Source: Candidatus Neptunichlamydia sp. | GTDB taxonomy: Bacteria > Chlamydiota > Chlamydiia > Chlamydiales > Simkaniaceae | DNA: 64,000 bases | Assembly (NCBI GenBank): GCA_965233865.1 | Contig: OZ247587.1 | Coordinates: forward strand, 896,001 to 960,000 | Direction: 5' to 3' | Shown: positions 39,000 through 49,925 of the stretch, in pieces | Numbering within the stretch: the stretch's first letter is position 1 | How the letters are laid out: every line of letters begins with the position of its first letter | Notes under the pieces: generated by a model | The model's input: the letters and a program-made list of their open reading frames with translations, nothing else | Database searches by the model: none | Told to the model about the DNA's origin: nothing | Made by a program: the position numbers and the translations under genes

Positions 39000-39220
39000 A
39001 ATAGCTCTTCCAATAGATTATAAAACAACCCATCGTACCAAACCCTCTCCTTTCCCGCAACATCCCTCAAACAATTCCAGCAGCTCCCGGGAAATGTGTG
39101 GGATGAGGAAAGTGTAGATTTTTTTTAACGTCAAAAATATACACCCTCTTGAACCTTATTTTTTATGAAGTATCTAGAAGGAAATTTTAACCCAAAAACA
39201 GCGAGCTATAGTTGACTTTA

Positions 39221-39258
39221 GTAGTATTCTCTAATTGTGCGCAATTAGAGAATACTAC
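39221..39258. repeat. Perfect 17-bp inverted repeat downstream of proS
   Basis: GTAGTATTCTCTAATTG-TGCG-CAATTAGAGAATACTAC. Confidence 0.8.
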
Positions 39259-39262
39259 CTTA

Positions 39263-40759
39263 CTAATAGGATTTTGCGAAGAGGACTCTTTGGGAGCTCA
39301 GATTGCCGGTAAATGGGCATGTCCCTTCTTCTTTAGGCCCGTCTAATGGGATACACCGGATAGTCACACTCAAGTCTTTTTGAACCATTTTCTCAACTGC
39401 AGGCTCTCCTGACCAGTGGCAGCTTGCAAAACCCGTGTCCTTTTTAAAGAAGTTATAGAATTCCTCTTTGGTGTTGATCTCTTTAACGCGGCTATCACGA
39501 AAAGCCTTTGCTTTTTGATAGAGGTCCTTTTGGATCTTCTCAAGTTGATCAACAACAGAGTTAAGAAGTTCTTCTTCTGATTGCTTTTCGAAATCCTTAT
39601 GCCCTTTATTTCTTTTAGCAATAGAAAGCTGATTTTGCTCCAGCTCGCGAGGCCCTATTTCAATCCGGATCGGCACCCCTTTCTTAATCCAAGACCAAAC
39701 CTTCTCCCCGCTCCGCATATCGCGATCATCAAGATGAACAGTAAGAGGGTCTTCGCAGTAATGAATCGCCTGCAATTTCTTCTTAAGCTCGCAGCAATAG
39801 GAAAGAACTTTTTCCTTAGCTTCGGGGTTATGAACCAGAGGAAGAATCACGATCTGAGCTGAAGCTATACGAGGAGGGAGAACCAGGCCATCGTCATCCC
39901 CATGCACCATCACCATTCCTCCAATCATGCGCGTAGTTACCCCCCAAGAGGTTGTCCAGGCAGGCACTTGATTTCCTTCCTTATCTTGAAAGATAATATC
40001 CTGTGCTTTGGAAAAGTTTTGGCCAAGAAAGTGGGAAGTCCCCCCTTGCAAGGCCTTTCCATCTTGCATCATAGCTTCGAAGGTGAAGGTCGCAACGGCC
40101 CCTGGAAAGCGTTCGCTCTCGGTTTTCTCTCCTTTAAAGACAGGAATTGCAAGCTTGTTTTCTACAAAATCGACGTAGATATCAAGCATTCGACGGGTTT
40201 CTTCCCGCGCTTCTTCTTCTGTAGCATGCGCGGTGTGCCCTTCTTGCCAAAGGAATTCTGCTGTACGTAGGAACAAACGTGTGCGCATCTCCCAACGAAC
40301 AACGTTTGCCCACTGGTTGATGAGAAGAGGCAAGTCGCGATGAGACTCTATCCACCTAGAGAACATATCACCGATGATCATCTCAGAAGTAGGCCGCACA
40401 ATGAGAGGTTCTTCTAGTTCTCCATCAGGAACAAGTTTTCCATCCTCACCTTGCACCAAGCGATGATGGGTCACAACCGCGCACTCTTTAGCAAACCCTT
40501 CGACGTGCTTTGCTTCTTTTTCCAAATAACTCAATGGAATAAAAAGAGGAAAGTAAGCGTTTTGATGTCCCGTTTCTTTGAACCGGCGATCCAAGATCTG
40601 TTGGATATTTTCCCACAGAGCATAACCCCAAGGTTTGATGACCATGCATCCTCTCACGGGAGAGTGTTCGGCAAGTTCTGCCACCTTGATCACTTGTTGA
40701 TACCATTCTGGATAATCTTCTTCCCGTGTTGGATTCACGGCAGTCCTTGGCTTATTCAT
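39263..40759 (-). CDS. proS: Proline--tRNA ligase, eukaryote/archaea-type
   Basis: RPTSE, QWANVVRWE, FLWQEGHT, GTSHFLGQNF, TIRCIP, C-terminal AKSY; no inserted editing domain; likely start 40759. Confidence 0.95.
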   Translation of the reverse strand: MNKPRTAVNPTREEDYPEWYQQVIKVAELAEHSPVRGCMVIKPWGYALWENIQQILDRRFKETGHQNAYFPLFIPLSYLEKEAKHVEGFAKECAVVTHHRLVQGEDGKLVPDGELEEPLIVRPTSEMIIGDMFSRWIESHRDLPLLINQWANVVRWEMRTRLFLRTAEFLWQEGHTAHATEEEAREETRRMLDIYVDFVENKLAIPVFKGEKTESERFPGAVATFTFEAMMQDGKALQGGTSHFLGQNFSKAQDIIFQDKEGNQVPAWTTSWGVTTRMIGGMVMVHGDDDGLVLPPRIASAQIVILPLVHNPEAKEKVLSYCCELKKKLQAIHYCEDPLTVHLDDRDMRSGEKVWSWIKKGVPIRIEIGPRELEQNQLSIAKRNKGHKDFEKQSEEELLNSVVDQLEKIQKDLYQKAKAFRDSRVKEINTKEEFYNFFKKDTGFASCHWSGEPAVEKMVQKDLSVTIRCIPLDGPKEEGTCPFTGNLSSQRVLFAKSY

Positions 40760-41460
40760 TTTGTCAGTTCCTTCTGAAGTTGGTGTTTGAGAGTTTCCCT
40801 CACCTGCATTAGATCGTTTTGAGTCCATCCTTTCCCTAAAATAGAGAAGGTATTGGAAAGCATTGCTTCCTGGACTTGGGTATTAGGAAGGAGGATAGAG
40901 TTTAGAAAGTTTTCTTTAGGAAGGGCTATTGCAATGCTTCCTTGGTGGAGATATCCTTGTTTTCGCCGTCTTTGGGACGCTCCGGCCACTTTCCTCCCCT
41001 CTAGCATCACATCATAGATTGTGGGCTTAGCCATACAGAAGTGACGACAACTCTCGTCGAGAGGGGTCGGATCCTCTGGGAGAAGGGAAAGGCCATCTTC
41101 AAAAAAAGTCTTCACTCCTCTTTTAACCGCAGTATTGATAAAATCATAGTTGTCGAGTGTGCTAAGTGAGAAATGAGGATGATCTGCGGGGACTAAGACT
41201 GAAAAAGCTAAGTCGCTGACATGAAATATGATCCCACCACCGGTAGGGCGCCGGGCTAAAGAAAGGCCCATTTGACCTGCTGCCTCTAAGTCTAGGAACT
41301 TGCCCGGATCTACAAAATAGCCATGAGTCGCCGCATCCCCCTCCCAGTCATAGAAGTGGAGAATAGGAGCGTCGCTTGGCTGCATTTTTTCAAGAAGGGC
41401 CCGGTCAATTTCCATGTTTTTTTGAGCAGAAGCGGTGCCGGTATTTAAAATTTTCCACAT
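40756..41460 (-). CDS. Lipoate-protein ligase / octanoyltransferase (LplA/LipM family)
   Basis: NMEIDRALL, RRPTGGG..FH, RKVAGASQRR, HQGSI. Confidence 0.88.
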   Translation of the reverse strand: MWKILNTGTASAQKNMEIDRALLEKMQPSDAPILHFYDWEGDAATHGYFVDPGKFLDLEAAGQMGLSLARRPTGGGIIFHVSDLAFSVLVPADHPHFSLSTLDNYDFINTAVKRGVKTFFEDGLSLLPEDPTPLDESCRHFCMAKPTIYDVMLEGRKVAGASQRRRKQGYLHQGSIAIALPKENFLNSILLPNTQVQEAMLSNTFSILGKGWTQNDLMQVRETLKHQLQKELTK

Positions 41461-41665
41461 TGCTAATCACACCTGGTAAAGAGGTTAAAACGTACCAGAA
41501 AAGGAGATAAAAAAACAGGGCACAATTTAAATTCCCAAAAAAATAATAACATGGGCAGAATACGAATTATAGAAGGGAAACATATTCACTTGATTAGTTT
41601 GGCTTAAAATATTAATCTTTAATAAGATTAGTGTTTCAATTTAGACTAATAAAACCACGGGCATC

Positions 41666-44215
41666 ATGATGTTTGATAAGTTCACAAACCGGGCCAAGCA
41701 GGTCATAAAACTCGCTAAGAAAGAGGCTCAGCGCCTCAATCATAATTACTTGGGAACGGAACACATTCTGCTCGGCCTCCTCAAGCTGGGACAAGGGATT
41801 GCAGTGAATGTAATGCGTAACCTCAATGTCGACTACGACACTGTCTTAGCTGAGGTGGAACGCCTTGTGGGCTTTGGGCCTGAGATTCAAGTCTATGGTG
41901 ATCCAGCTCTCACCGGAAAAGTGAAAAAGGTCTTTGAGTATGCAAACGAAGAAGCTGCAGCTCTTAACCATAATTATGTGGGAACAGAGCATCTTCTCCT
42001 TGCACTCTTAAGACAGACTGATGGTGTTGCCACTCAAATCCTAGAAAATCTCAATATCAACCTAAAAGAAGTTCGAAAAGAGGTTCTTAAAGAACTTGAA
42101 ACTTTTAATCTTCAACTTCCTCCAATGGGAATGTCAGGATCTCCTTCAACACCTCGGCAAGAAAAAACTTCATCAGCACCTGGATCAGAAAAGCTTGCAG
42201 CGCTCCGCGCTTATGGACATGACCTAACGGAACTTTGCCGGGAAGGGAAGCTTGACCCTGTAATTGGAAGAAAAAATGAAGTCGAGCGCCTGATCTTAAT
42301 CCTCTGCCGTCGACGAAAAAATAATCCTGTTCTCATTGGAGAGGCCGGCGTTGGTAAAACAGCAATTGTTGAAGGACTTGCCCACGCAATTGTAAATGGA
42401 GAAGTTCCTGATCATCTGACAAAGAAAAAACTCATTTCTCTCGATCTTACCCTTATGATCGCAGGAACGAAGTACCGAGGACAGTTCGAAGAACGTATCA
42501 AAGCAGTCATGGATGAAGTGAAGAAGCATGGAAACATCCTTCTCTTTATTGATGAGCTTCATACGATTGTGGGAGCAGGGGCTGCTGAAGGAGCAATTGA
42601 TGCTTCAAACATTTTAAAACCCGCTCTTTCTCGTGGAGAAATTCAGTGTATTGGTGCCACAACCATTGATGAATACCGAAAACATATTGAAAAAGATGCT
42701 GCCTTAGAGCGTCGCTTCCAGAAAATTCAAGTGACTCCTCCCTCTGTTGAGGAAGCAACAGAGATTATCATCGGACTCAAAGAAAAATATCAAGAACACC
42801 ACAAGTGTATTTATACTGAAGAAGCGATTCGAAGCGCTGTCTACCTTTCTGATAGGTACATCACAGGACGGTTTCTCCCTGATAAAGCAATAGACTTAAT
42901 CGATGAAGCGGGTGCAAAAGCACGGATCTCGATGCTTCACCAGCCTCAAGAGATTCACCAGCTCGAGATTCAGATTGAAGAGCTCCGCAAAGCTAAAGAA
43001 GAGTCAATTGGTAAGCAAGAGTATGAAAAAGCTGCAAACCTTCGCGATAATGAGAAAAACCTGCGCGAAAAACTCGCCAAGGAAATTGCCCTTTGGGAAA
43101 AGAATAAAGAAGAGAATCAAGTCGTTGTTGATGAGGATGATGTTGCATCTGTTGTGGCAAAACACACCCGTATCCCCATGTCTCGTTTGACAGAAGGAGA
43201 GGCATCGAAAGTTCTCAAAATGCACGAGATTCTACAAGATTATATTGTCGGACAAGAAAAAGCACTTGATACGGTCTGTCGCTCTATTCGTCGTAGCAAG
43301 GCCGATATCAAAGATCCTGATCGTCCCATCGGAGCGTTCCTTCTTCTTGGACCCACGGGAGTCGGTAAAACCCTCCTTGCCAAACAACTCGCCATTCATA
43401 TGTTCGGTGGAGAAGATGCCCTGATCCAAGTTGACATGTCTGAGTACATGGAAAAGTTTGCGGTGAGCCGCATGACAGGATCCCCTCCAGGATATGTAGG
43501 ACACGAAGAAGGCGGTCAACTGACTGAACAGGTCCGCCGCCGCCCTTACTCTGTTGTCCTCTTTGATGAAGTCGAAAAAGCTCATCCCGATGTGATGAAT
43601 CTCCTCCTTCAAATTCTTGAAGATGGAAAACTCACTGATTCTATGGGACGTAAAATAGATTTCCGCAATACAATCATTCTCATGACGTCTAATCTTGGCT
43701 CTGATTTAATCCGCCGTACGACTGAGGTTGGCTTTGGAGTTAAAGAAGGAATGCCCGACTACGATACCATGAAAAGCAAAATTGACAAAGCGGTGAAAAA
43801 ACACTTTAAGCCAGAGTTTATCAACCGCCTAGATGATCTTGTCATTTTCAAAGCTCTTGATAAGGACAATCTCATGAAAATTATTGAGATTGAGGTTGCA
43901 AAGCTCAAAGTGCGACTCGAAAGAAAAAATATCATTATTCATCTCACCAGCGATGTGAAAGCCCATCTTGTTGACAAAGGACATCAGCCTGAAATGGGCG
44001 CTCGTACTTTACGCCGATGCATTGAGCAACTCCTTGAAGATCCTCTTGCTGAGAAACTTCTTCTCGAAGGTGATGAGCCTAGACAGATCGTCATCGATTT
44101 TAAAGATGAAAAGATCACTTTCACCGACGAAGATCTTCCTAAAGAAAAGAAGAAAAAAGAGAAAAAACTCGCTGGGTCCACAACCACGAAGGATGAAGAA
44201 GGGAGTAAAGCTTAG
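41666..44215 (+). CDS. clpC: ATP-dependent Clp protease ATPase ClpC
   Basis: Two Clp-N repeats (GTEHILL), [11 protein letters not shown] coil ([11 protein letters not shown]), [12 protein letters not shown] ClpP-docking loop. Confidence 0.96.
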   Translation: MMFDKFTNRAKQVIKLAKKEAQRLNHNYLGTEHILLGLLKLGQGIAVNVMRNLNVDYDTVLAEVERLVGFGPEIQVYGDPALTGKVKKVFEYANEEAAALNHNYVGTEHLLLALLRQTDGVATQILENLNINLKEVRKEVLKELETFNLQLPPMGMSGSPSTPRQEKTSSAPGSEKLAALRAYGHDLTELCREGKLDPVIGRKNEVERLILILCRRRKNNPVLIGEAGVGKTAIVEGLAHAIVNGEVPDHLTKKKLISLDLTLMIAGTKYRGQFEERIKAVMDEVKKHGNILLFIDELHTIVGAGAAEGAIDASNILKPALSRGEIQCIGATTIDEYRKHIEKDAALERRFQKIQVTPPSVEEATEIIIGLKEKYQEHHKCIYTEEAIRSAVYLSDRYITGRFLPDKAIDLIDEAGAKARISMLHQPQEIHQLEIQIEELRKAKEESIGKQEYEKAANLRDNEKNLREKLAKEIALWEKNKEENQVVVDEDDVASVVAKHTRIPMSRLTEGEASKVLKMHEILQDYIVGQEKALDTVCRSIRRSKADIKDPDRPIGAFLLLGPTGVGKTLLAKQLAIHMFGGEDALIQVDMSEYMEKFAVSRMTGSPPGYVGHEEGGQLTEQVRRRPYSVVLFDEVEKAHPDVMNLLLQILEDGKLTDSMGRKIDFRNTIILMTSNLGSDLIRRTTEVGFGVKEGMPDYDTMKSKIDKAVKKHFKPEFINRLDDLVIFKALDKDNLMKIIEIEVAKLKVRLERKNIIIHLTSDVKAHLVDKGHQPEMGARTLRRCIEQLLEDPLAEKLLLEGDEPRQIVIDFKDEKITFTDEDLPKEKKKKEKKLAGSTTTKDEEGSKA

Positions 44216-44322
44216 AAAGCTTCAGCGCTGCACGACGTAAATCTGCAGAAAGCTTTTAGCTTTCAAATACTTAAAACGAAGAGATTGGATACTGTGGCGG
44301 CATAAATGGAGCTGTTAGTCTC

Positions 44323-45057
44323 TTATGAGCCCTTAGCTCCAACTTGAGACTCCCAATCCTTTAGGTACTCAAGAAGTTCTTTCTTCTCAGGCTGCGAGCG
44401 AAACAATTCTAAAGCTTCATCACTGCTACTAAGATGAGCAAGCTTTGCTAAGAGATGGAGGTGCCGTTTGTCATCACAGCCAAAAAGGAAAAAGAGAGTG
44501 TGGACAGGAGCTTCGTCTAAGGCACCCCAATCGATCGGATCCTTTGGGAAAACAATTACAACCACGTCTGTTGGTCCTTTCAACAAAAAATCTCGTGTGT
44601 GAGGAACAGCAATCCCATTATTCAAGGCTGTAGGCATCAACTTTTCTCGATCGAGCAGAAGATCAGACATAACCGAAGGATCCATTCCCAATTCTCCCGA
44701 AACACGATCCATAGTTTCTCGAATAATCGCGTCTTTTTTTGTAGACTTTAGATCTGTGAAAACCCCGCCTTTATGCACTGCACGATACAGGCTAAACTGT
44801 TGCATTCCCTTTTTGCCATCTTGTTCTTCATTCTTTTCTTTTTTGGGAGGGAAAATTTGTTCTTCTGTGGAAGGAAGGAAGTTTCCTGTCTCTTTTTGAA
44901 GACGACAGCTAAGCATCCAGTTTTCTATTTCAATGCGACTGAATCGGTATTGGTGATGAAGACGATAAGCAGGGATTTTTCCTTCTGCAAGCCACCGTCG
45001 AATGGTTGTTTCGGAAACATTTAATAACTCTGCTACATCTTTAATCTTTAGATCCAT
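44323..45057 (-). CDS. ptsN: PTS EIIA(Ntr)-like protein with an N-terminal excisionase-type HTH
   Basis: VAELLNVSETTIRRW...IPAY; DRE.LMPTALNNGIAVPH phospho-His motif. Confidence 0.85.
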   Translation of the reverse strand: MDLKIKDVAELLNVSETTIRRWLAEGKIPAYRLHHQYRFSRIEIENWMLSCRLQKETGNFLPSTEEQIFPPKKEKNEEQDGKKGMQQFSLYRAVHKGGVFTDLKSTKKDAIIRETMDRVSGELGMDPSVMSDLLLDREKLMPTALNNGIAVPHTRDFLLKGPTDVVVIVFPKDPIDWGALDEAPVHTLFFLFGCDDKRHLHLLAKLAHLSSSDEALELFRSQPEKKELLEYLKDWESQVGAKGS

Positions 45058-45226
45058 CTCACACCCTGGCTTACCACCTTTAACTCTATGATGACAAACC
45101 TATATTAATTTTGACTTTCTTGCAACATTTCCGCCACGAATTCTTTCCGCTGCAAGCAGCAAGAGTCTAAACATAAGGCGGGTTATTAAAATGGCAAAAA
45201 ATGATTAAGAATGAGTAACTTTAAGA

Positions 45227-45727
45227 CTATAAACCCTCAAACAGGGCGAGAACTTCTTCTTTTGTCCTAGAGTTGATCAAATTTTTTCTCCGGTCTTCAT
45301 CTTTAATCGCTGCTGTTAAAAGAGAAAGAATATTTAGGTACTCTGTCTGCCGATTAGCAGGCCCTCCAATCAAAAAGATGAGCCGGACAGGAGGCGTACT
45401 TTCTGTATCCCATTTAATCCCTTCCTTGGATTTTAGAAGACCCACAGCTAAAAAGAAACGGTTAAATGTGGGAAGTTTTGCATGAGGAATAGCAACTCCC
45501 ATTCCAATTCCAGTCGATACAATTTTCTCTCTTTTGTAGATTGCTTCGCGAAATTCTACTTTATCACCGAGATCACCTACATCCGCAAGAGTTTCTACCA
45601 TTTGATCTAGCGCCTTGTCGCGACTTTCTGCTTCTAAAAAGCAGACTACTCCCTCTTGGATAAATTCTGAAAGAGTCACATTTTCTCCTTTCTTAAAGAG
45701 ATGGTTAATGCGTTCCAGTATGGCCAA
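45227..45727 (-). CDS. ptsN: PTS EIIA(Ntr)-like protein
   Basis: [19 protein letters not shown]. Confidence 0.85.
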   Translation of the reverse strand: MAILERINHLFKKGENVTLSEFIQEGVVCFLEAESRDKALDQMVETLADVGDLGDKVEFREAIYKREKIVSTGIGMGVAIPHAKLPTFNRFFLAVGLLKSKEGIKWDTESTPPVRLIFLIGGPANRQTEYLNILSLLTAAIKDEDRRKNLINSRTKEEVLALFEGL

Positions 45728-46148
45728 AACCGCCTTCCCCTCTTCCTGTCATTCTTAGCTTGTCTTTTTCCCTGTAGTATGCCTGAAAAACTGGTGCAAA
45801 AACTAGTTGTGCTATTCGCATTTTCGGTGTGACTATAAAAGGATTCCTGCCGTGGTTGATTAAAATCACCCCAACTTCGCCGCGATAATCAGAATCAATT
45901 GTACCTGGGGTGTTTAAGACAGTAATACTATGTTTTAGCGCTAGTCCGCTTCGAGGACGGACCTGAATTTCAAATCCCTTTGGTATTTCTAAACGGATCC
46001 CTGTGCGAACAAGCTTGCTCTCCCCAGGAGCTATGACGAGCTCCTCCTGGACCAGAGCACGGACATCCGCCCCCGCTGCCTCTTCAGATCCGTAGATGGG
46101 GAGCTCTGCTCCCTCTTCTAATTTTATGGGGATATCATGTTTTTTCAT
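45705..46148 (-). CDS. dut: dUTP diphosphatase
   Basis: [37 protein letters not shown]. Confidence 0.96.
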   Translation of the reverse strand: MKKHDIPIKLEEGAELPIYGSEEAAGADVRALVQEELVIAPGESKLVRTGIRLEIPKGFEIQVRPRSGLALKHSITVLNTPGTIDSDYRGEVGVILINHGRNPFIVTPKMRIAQLVFAPVFQAYYREKDKLRMTGRGEGGFGHTGTH

Positions 46149-47107
46149 GGCTTGCTAACTTTAATCGTGTTTTTTTTCCGCTCTTTCTGTGAAAGTGCGA
46201 TAAGATCATCAAATTTTTCTCGCTCTACTTTCTTAGCTCTCTTTTCAGGAAGTTTTTGATTCCCTGTTAAGAACCCAATAAAAAAAACGAGTTTTTCTTT
46301 GAGTTCGCTCCGCTTAACGATACAGTCTATCATTCCCTTTTCTAGAAGAAATTCAGATTTTTGGGCTGCATCGGGAAGCTTCTGGCGAATGGTTTGCTCC
46401 ACAACCCGTGGTCCTGCAAACCCAATTAAAGCATTTGGCTCTGCAATCATAATGTCTCCAAGAGACGCAAATGATGCAGTCACTCCACCTGTTGTGGGAT
46501 TAGCCAAGACAGAGATATAGGGAATTTCAGCGTTGTGAAGCCTTGCAAGTGCTGCAGAAGTTTTTGCCATCTGCATCAGAGAGTAAATAGACTCTTGCAT
46601 CCGTGCTCCTCCAGATGAGGAAACAAGAACAACTGGAATACAATTCATTAATGCGTGTTCAATTAAGAGTGTAATTCTCTCCCCTACGACAGACCCCATT
46701 GATCCCCCCATAAATCCAAAGTCCAAAACCCCAAGGGCAATTTTATTCCCCCCCATTTCGCAAGTTCCAGTCAGAATCGCTTCAGTTCGGCCCATCTTCT
46801 TCTGAGCTCTTTCTAGGCGCTGAATGTAGGGTTCGGAATCAACAAAGTTTAAGGGGTCTTTTGGGTGAATTTCGCTAAAGAGCTCTTCAAAAGTCCCTTC
46901 ATCGGCAAGAAGATCGGTGCGCTGTATTGCTGAGAGACGGTAATGATGTTCACATTTCGGACAGCAGTTATGATTCGATTGAAGTTCATTAGCATGGACC
47001 ATCTCTTCACATTTCGTGCATTTGATCCAACCACTAAATCCGTCTTTTTTCGTCGACTCTACTTGAACCATCTGTCGGCGACGTGTAAAAAGATTTAAAA
47101 AATTCAT
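46145..47107 (-). CDS. accD: Acetyl-CoA carboxylase carboxyltransferase beta subunit
   Basis: Zn finger CTKC...[26 protein letters not shown]. Confidence 0.96.
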   Translation of the reverse strand: MNFLNLFTRRRQMVQVESTKKDGFSGWIKCTKCEEMVHANELQSNHNCCPKCEHHYRLSAIQRTDLLADEGTFEELFSEIHPKDPLNFVDSEPYIQRLERAQKKMGRTEAILTGTCEMGGNKIALGVLDFGFMGGSMGSVVGERITLLIEHALMNCIPVVLVSSSGGARMQESIYSLMQMAKTSAALARLHNAEIPYISVLANPTTGGVTASFASLGDIMIAEPNALIGFAGPRVVEQTIRQKLPDAAQKSEFLLEKGMIDCIVKRSELKEKLVFFIGFLTGNQKLPEKRAKKVEREKFDDLIALSQKERKKNTIKVSKP

Positions 47108-47179
47108 ATCAAGCCATCTTGATTAAGTATTTACCAAAAGGTTACCAAACCGGTCAAAAGAACACAACCTTGATCATTC

Positions 47180-48436
47180 CTAAGATTGCAATTTAATTTT
47201 TAAAATACTGCGTGTAATTGCTCCTATCGCCGTCAGCTTAATTTCTTTGGGTACCACTGTAAAAGCTTCTGAAAAAGCTTCAACCGTTGAAGGACTTGTA
47301 AAAATAATTTCGTCAAAACTTTCTAAATCAGGTTTGACACTTGGGATTTTTTTCTTTGTATCATAAATAGACACTTTTTGATGGCGCGCTCTCCGGAGCA
47401 TCAAGGAGGTCGAAAGCGCAGAGCGTGCCCTTGAAGATTGTGGCAAAAGAACATAGGCATCATCCAAATCTTCCATTGCCAAGAGATGAATCATTCCTTC
47501 TTGGGTCTCTTCCACTGCCACCTCATCAACTTTCACCCCTCTCTCTTCTAGAGCCTTAGTCGTCACTTTCCCTACTGCAAAAATTTTTTTTCCCTGAAAT
47601 TTTACCTTGTAATACTTCATGCAGTCGCAAAAAATCCGCGCTCCATTTTTACTTGTAAGGATCACATGGGTATACTCAGAAAAGTCGGTCATTGCTGTTT
47701 GTATTTCAAATCCTTGAAAATCACGTGGAATAATTTCAATAAGAGGAAGGTGCACCATCCCCTTTTTCCCTTCTGTTCCTAAATAAAGAACTCTCTTCTT
47801 TTTTCGGGAGTCTAAACTTTTAAACACTTTTTCCATCTCAAAGTCCCCATTGCGCGCAACCACAGCAAGTTTCCCTTGAAGCTGCGCCCCTTTTCCAGGA
47901 AGGAGCACTCGGTTTCGACTTGTCAATTCCAAACGGATTAGAGCGGCTTCTGCAACAACAAGAGCATCGACTTCTCCCAGATCCAGCATCTTCAATCGCA
48001 GGTCAACGGGCCCTCGCAACTCTCTGCAAAGAAAATCAGGGCGCAGCCCTTTAACGACCTTATCGCGGCGAAAAGATGAAGATCCAATTACAGCTCCTCT
48101 CTTCAGAGTTTCCAGACAATCTCCTTCTCGCATCACTAAGCTGTCTCTTGAGTCGACTCCCCGCGTCAAAGCAATAAGTTTGAGCCCCTCTGGAAGTGGA
48201 TCTGGAAGATCTTTTGCTGAATGAATCCCCACATCGTATTTCCCCTCTAAGACCCTTTCATCTATTTCTCTCGTGAAAAAATCCGTCTTGTCCATTGGAC
48301 CTAGCTGTGAAGCAAGATCGCGATCCCCCATAGTTTCAACCCATCCACACTCATACTCTCTCCTGAGTCCTTTCATAATTTCTTCCACTTGTCTCTTCGA
48401 AAGCTTTGATCCTCGTGCTCCCACTTTTATTTTCAT
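47180..48436 (-). CDS. hemC: Fused hydroxymethylbilane synthase (HemC domains 1-2) / uroporphyrinogen-III synthase (HemD)
   Basis: GARGSKLS, HSAKDLP, GSSS.RR, LRG; then HemD motifs LTSKNG, AVGKVT, FTSPSTV, AIGAIT; likely start 48436 (GGAGG RBS). Confidence 0.85.
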   Translation of the reverse strand: MKIKVGARGSKLSKRQVEEIMKGLRREYECGWVETMGDRDLASQLGPMDKTDFFTREIDERVLEGKYDVGIHSAKDLPDPLPEGLKLIALTRGVDSRDSLVMREGDCLETLKRGAVIGSSSFRRDKVVKGLRPDFLCRELRGPVDLRLKMLDLGEVDALVVAEAALIRLELTSRNRVLLPGKGAQLQGKLAVVARNGDFEMEKVFKSLDSRKKKRVLYLGTEGKKGMVHLPLIEIIPRDFQGFEIQTAMTDFSEYTHVILTSKNGARIFCDCMKYYKVKFQGKKIFAVGKVTTKALEERGVKVDEVAVEETQEGMIHLLAMEDLDDAYVLLPQSSRARSALSTSLMLRRARHQKVSIYDTKKKIPSVKPDLESFDEIIFTSPSTVEAFSEAFTVVPKEIKLTAIGAITRSILKIKLQS

Positions 48437-48554
48437 CAATAAATAATCCTCCAAAAGACTCCCAAAATCCTGAGCATAAACTTTTTTCTTTCACACCACA
48501 AGAGTAACTTGTTAAGAACTTATGAGGAATGTCGTTGATCGGAAAATTTTGTGA

Positions 48555-49925
48555 TTAACCCAACAAAGTCTTAATGGCTTCTTCAACGCGTGTGACGCCT
48601 TGAAGTATAATTTTTTCAGGCAGTTTCTTGTTAAGGCCCTTGAGATTTTTAGAACTGAGGATGCACCGCTTAAATCCCATGTTAATGGCTTCTTTAATAC
48701 GACTTTCAATGCGAGGAATGCTTCGCACTTCGCCGCCAAGCCCCACTTCTCCCATCACAACTGTGTCCGAGGGAATATGCTTGTTGCAATAGCAGGAGGC
48801 TATGGAAAGGATTGTTCCAAGATCAATCGCTGGCTCGGTAATTTTCATCCCACCAGCAATAGAAACAAAAACATCAAGTGCATGAAGCTGGTACCCCATC
48901 CTTTTTTCAAGAACGGCGAGGAGGAGGGTCAGCCGTTTGGGGTCAAGGCCTGTGGAGCGCCGAGTGGAGGTTGCAAAAGAACTCGGTGCAACAAGAGCCT
49001 GTACCTCAATTAACAAAGATCGGGTCCCTTCAATCGTTGGAATGATGACAGATCCTGGAGTGCCTGTCATTCTCTCTTCTAAAAATGTTACTGAAGGGTT
49101 AAGAATCTCAACTAGCCCCTTTTCATTCATCTGGAAAAGGGCTACATCATCTGTCGGTCCAAAACGATTTTTAACCGACCGCATCAGGCGATATCCATGT
49201 TGACGATCTCCTTCAAACTCGAGAACAGTATCGACAATATGCTCAAGAACGCGTGGCCCTGCAATGTCACCACTTTTGGTTACATGTCCTATGAGAAACG
49301 TTGTGATCCCACTCCCCTTAGCAAGATGCATACACTCCATTGCGATCTCGCGCACTTGCGTGACAGAACCAGGCGCGGAGGGAAGCTCACTTTTGTAAAC
49401 AATCTGAACGGAGTCAACAATCAAGACATCGGGATGAATCTTTTCGATTTGTGCACGAATTTGAGAAAAAATTGTTTCGCTGTAGAGATAAATCTTATCA
49501 CTCTTAATGCCGAGTCTTTTAGCTCTAAGAGAAGTCTGTTCTACTGACTCTTCACCACAAATATATAGGACTGTTAGCCCCTGGTCAGCGAGACGTTTGG
49601 AAAGTTGGAGGAGCATTGTAGATTTTCCGATCCCTGGCTCACCTCCGAGCAAGTTAAGGGACCCTGAAACAATCCCCCCTCCCATTAAACGATCAAATTC
49701 TCGGTATTCTGTATAGATACGCTTAAAATTTGAGGCATCAACTTCTTCAATTAATACGGGTTTAGTCGTCCGAGAAACCTTTGCTTCAAACCGTCCGACC
49801 TTTTCACTGATTTCAAGTTCTTCAGCAAAAGAATCCCAGCTCTTGCAAATATTGCAACTTCCTGTCCATTTGAATTGCTTATTCCCGCATTCATTGCACA
49901 CCCAAACCGACTTCTGCTTGACCAT
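48555..49925 (-). CDS. radA: DNA repair protein RadA/Sms
   Basis: C4 zinc finger, GGEPGIGKST, KNRFG, Lon-like C-terminus. Confidence 0.96.
   Translation of the reverse strand: MVKQKSVWVCNECGNKQFKWTGSCNICKSWDSFAEELEISEKVGRFEAKVSRTTKPVLIEEVDASNFKRIYTEYREFDRLMGGGIVSGSLNLLGGEPGIGKSTMLLQLSKRLADQGLTVLYICGEESVEQTSLRAKRLGIKSDKIYLYSETIFSQIRAQIEKIHPDVLIVDSVQIVYKSELPSAPGSVTQVREIAMECMHLAKGSGITTFLIGHVTKSGDIAGPRVLEHIVDTVLEFEGDRQHGYRLMRSVKNRFGPTDDVALFQMNEKGLVEILNPSVTFLEERMTGTPGSVIIPTIEGTRSLLIEVQALVAPSSFATSTRRSTGLDPKRLTLLLAVLEKRMGYQLHALDVFVSIAGGMKITEPAIDLGTILSIASCYCNKHIPSDTVVMGEVGLGGEVRSIPRIESRIKEAINMGFKRCILSSKNLKGLNKKLPEKIILQGVTRVEEAIKTLLG

Noticed and set aside
44205..44275. Imperfect hairpin with AAGCTT repeats after clpC as an ncRNA
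   Set aside because: Weak pairing; most simply a terminator region between convergent genes.
44323..45057. Excisionase-like HTH as a sign of a prophage
   Set aside because: It is fused to PTS EIIA, a known chlamydial core architecture; no integrase or phage genes nearby.
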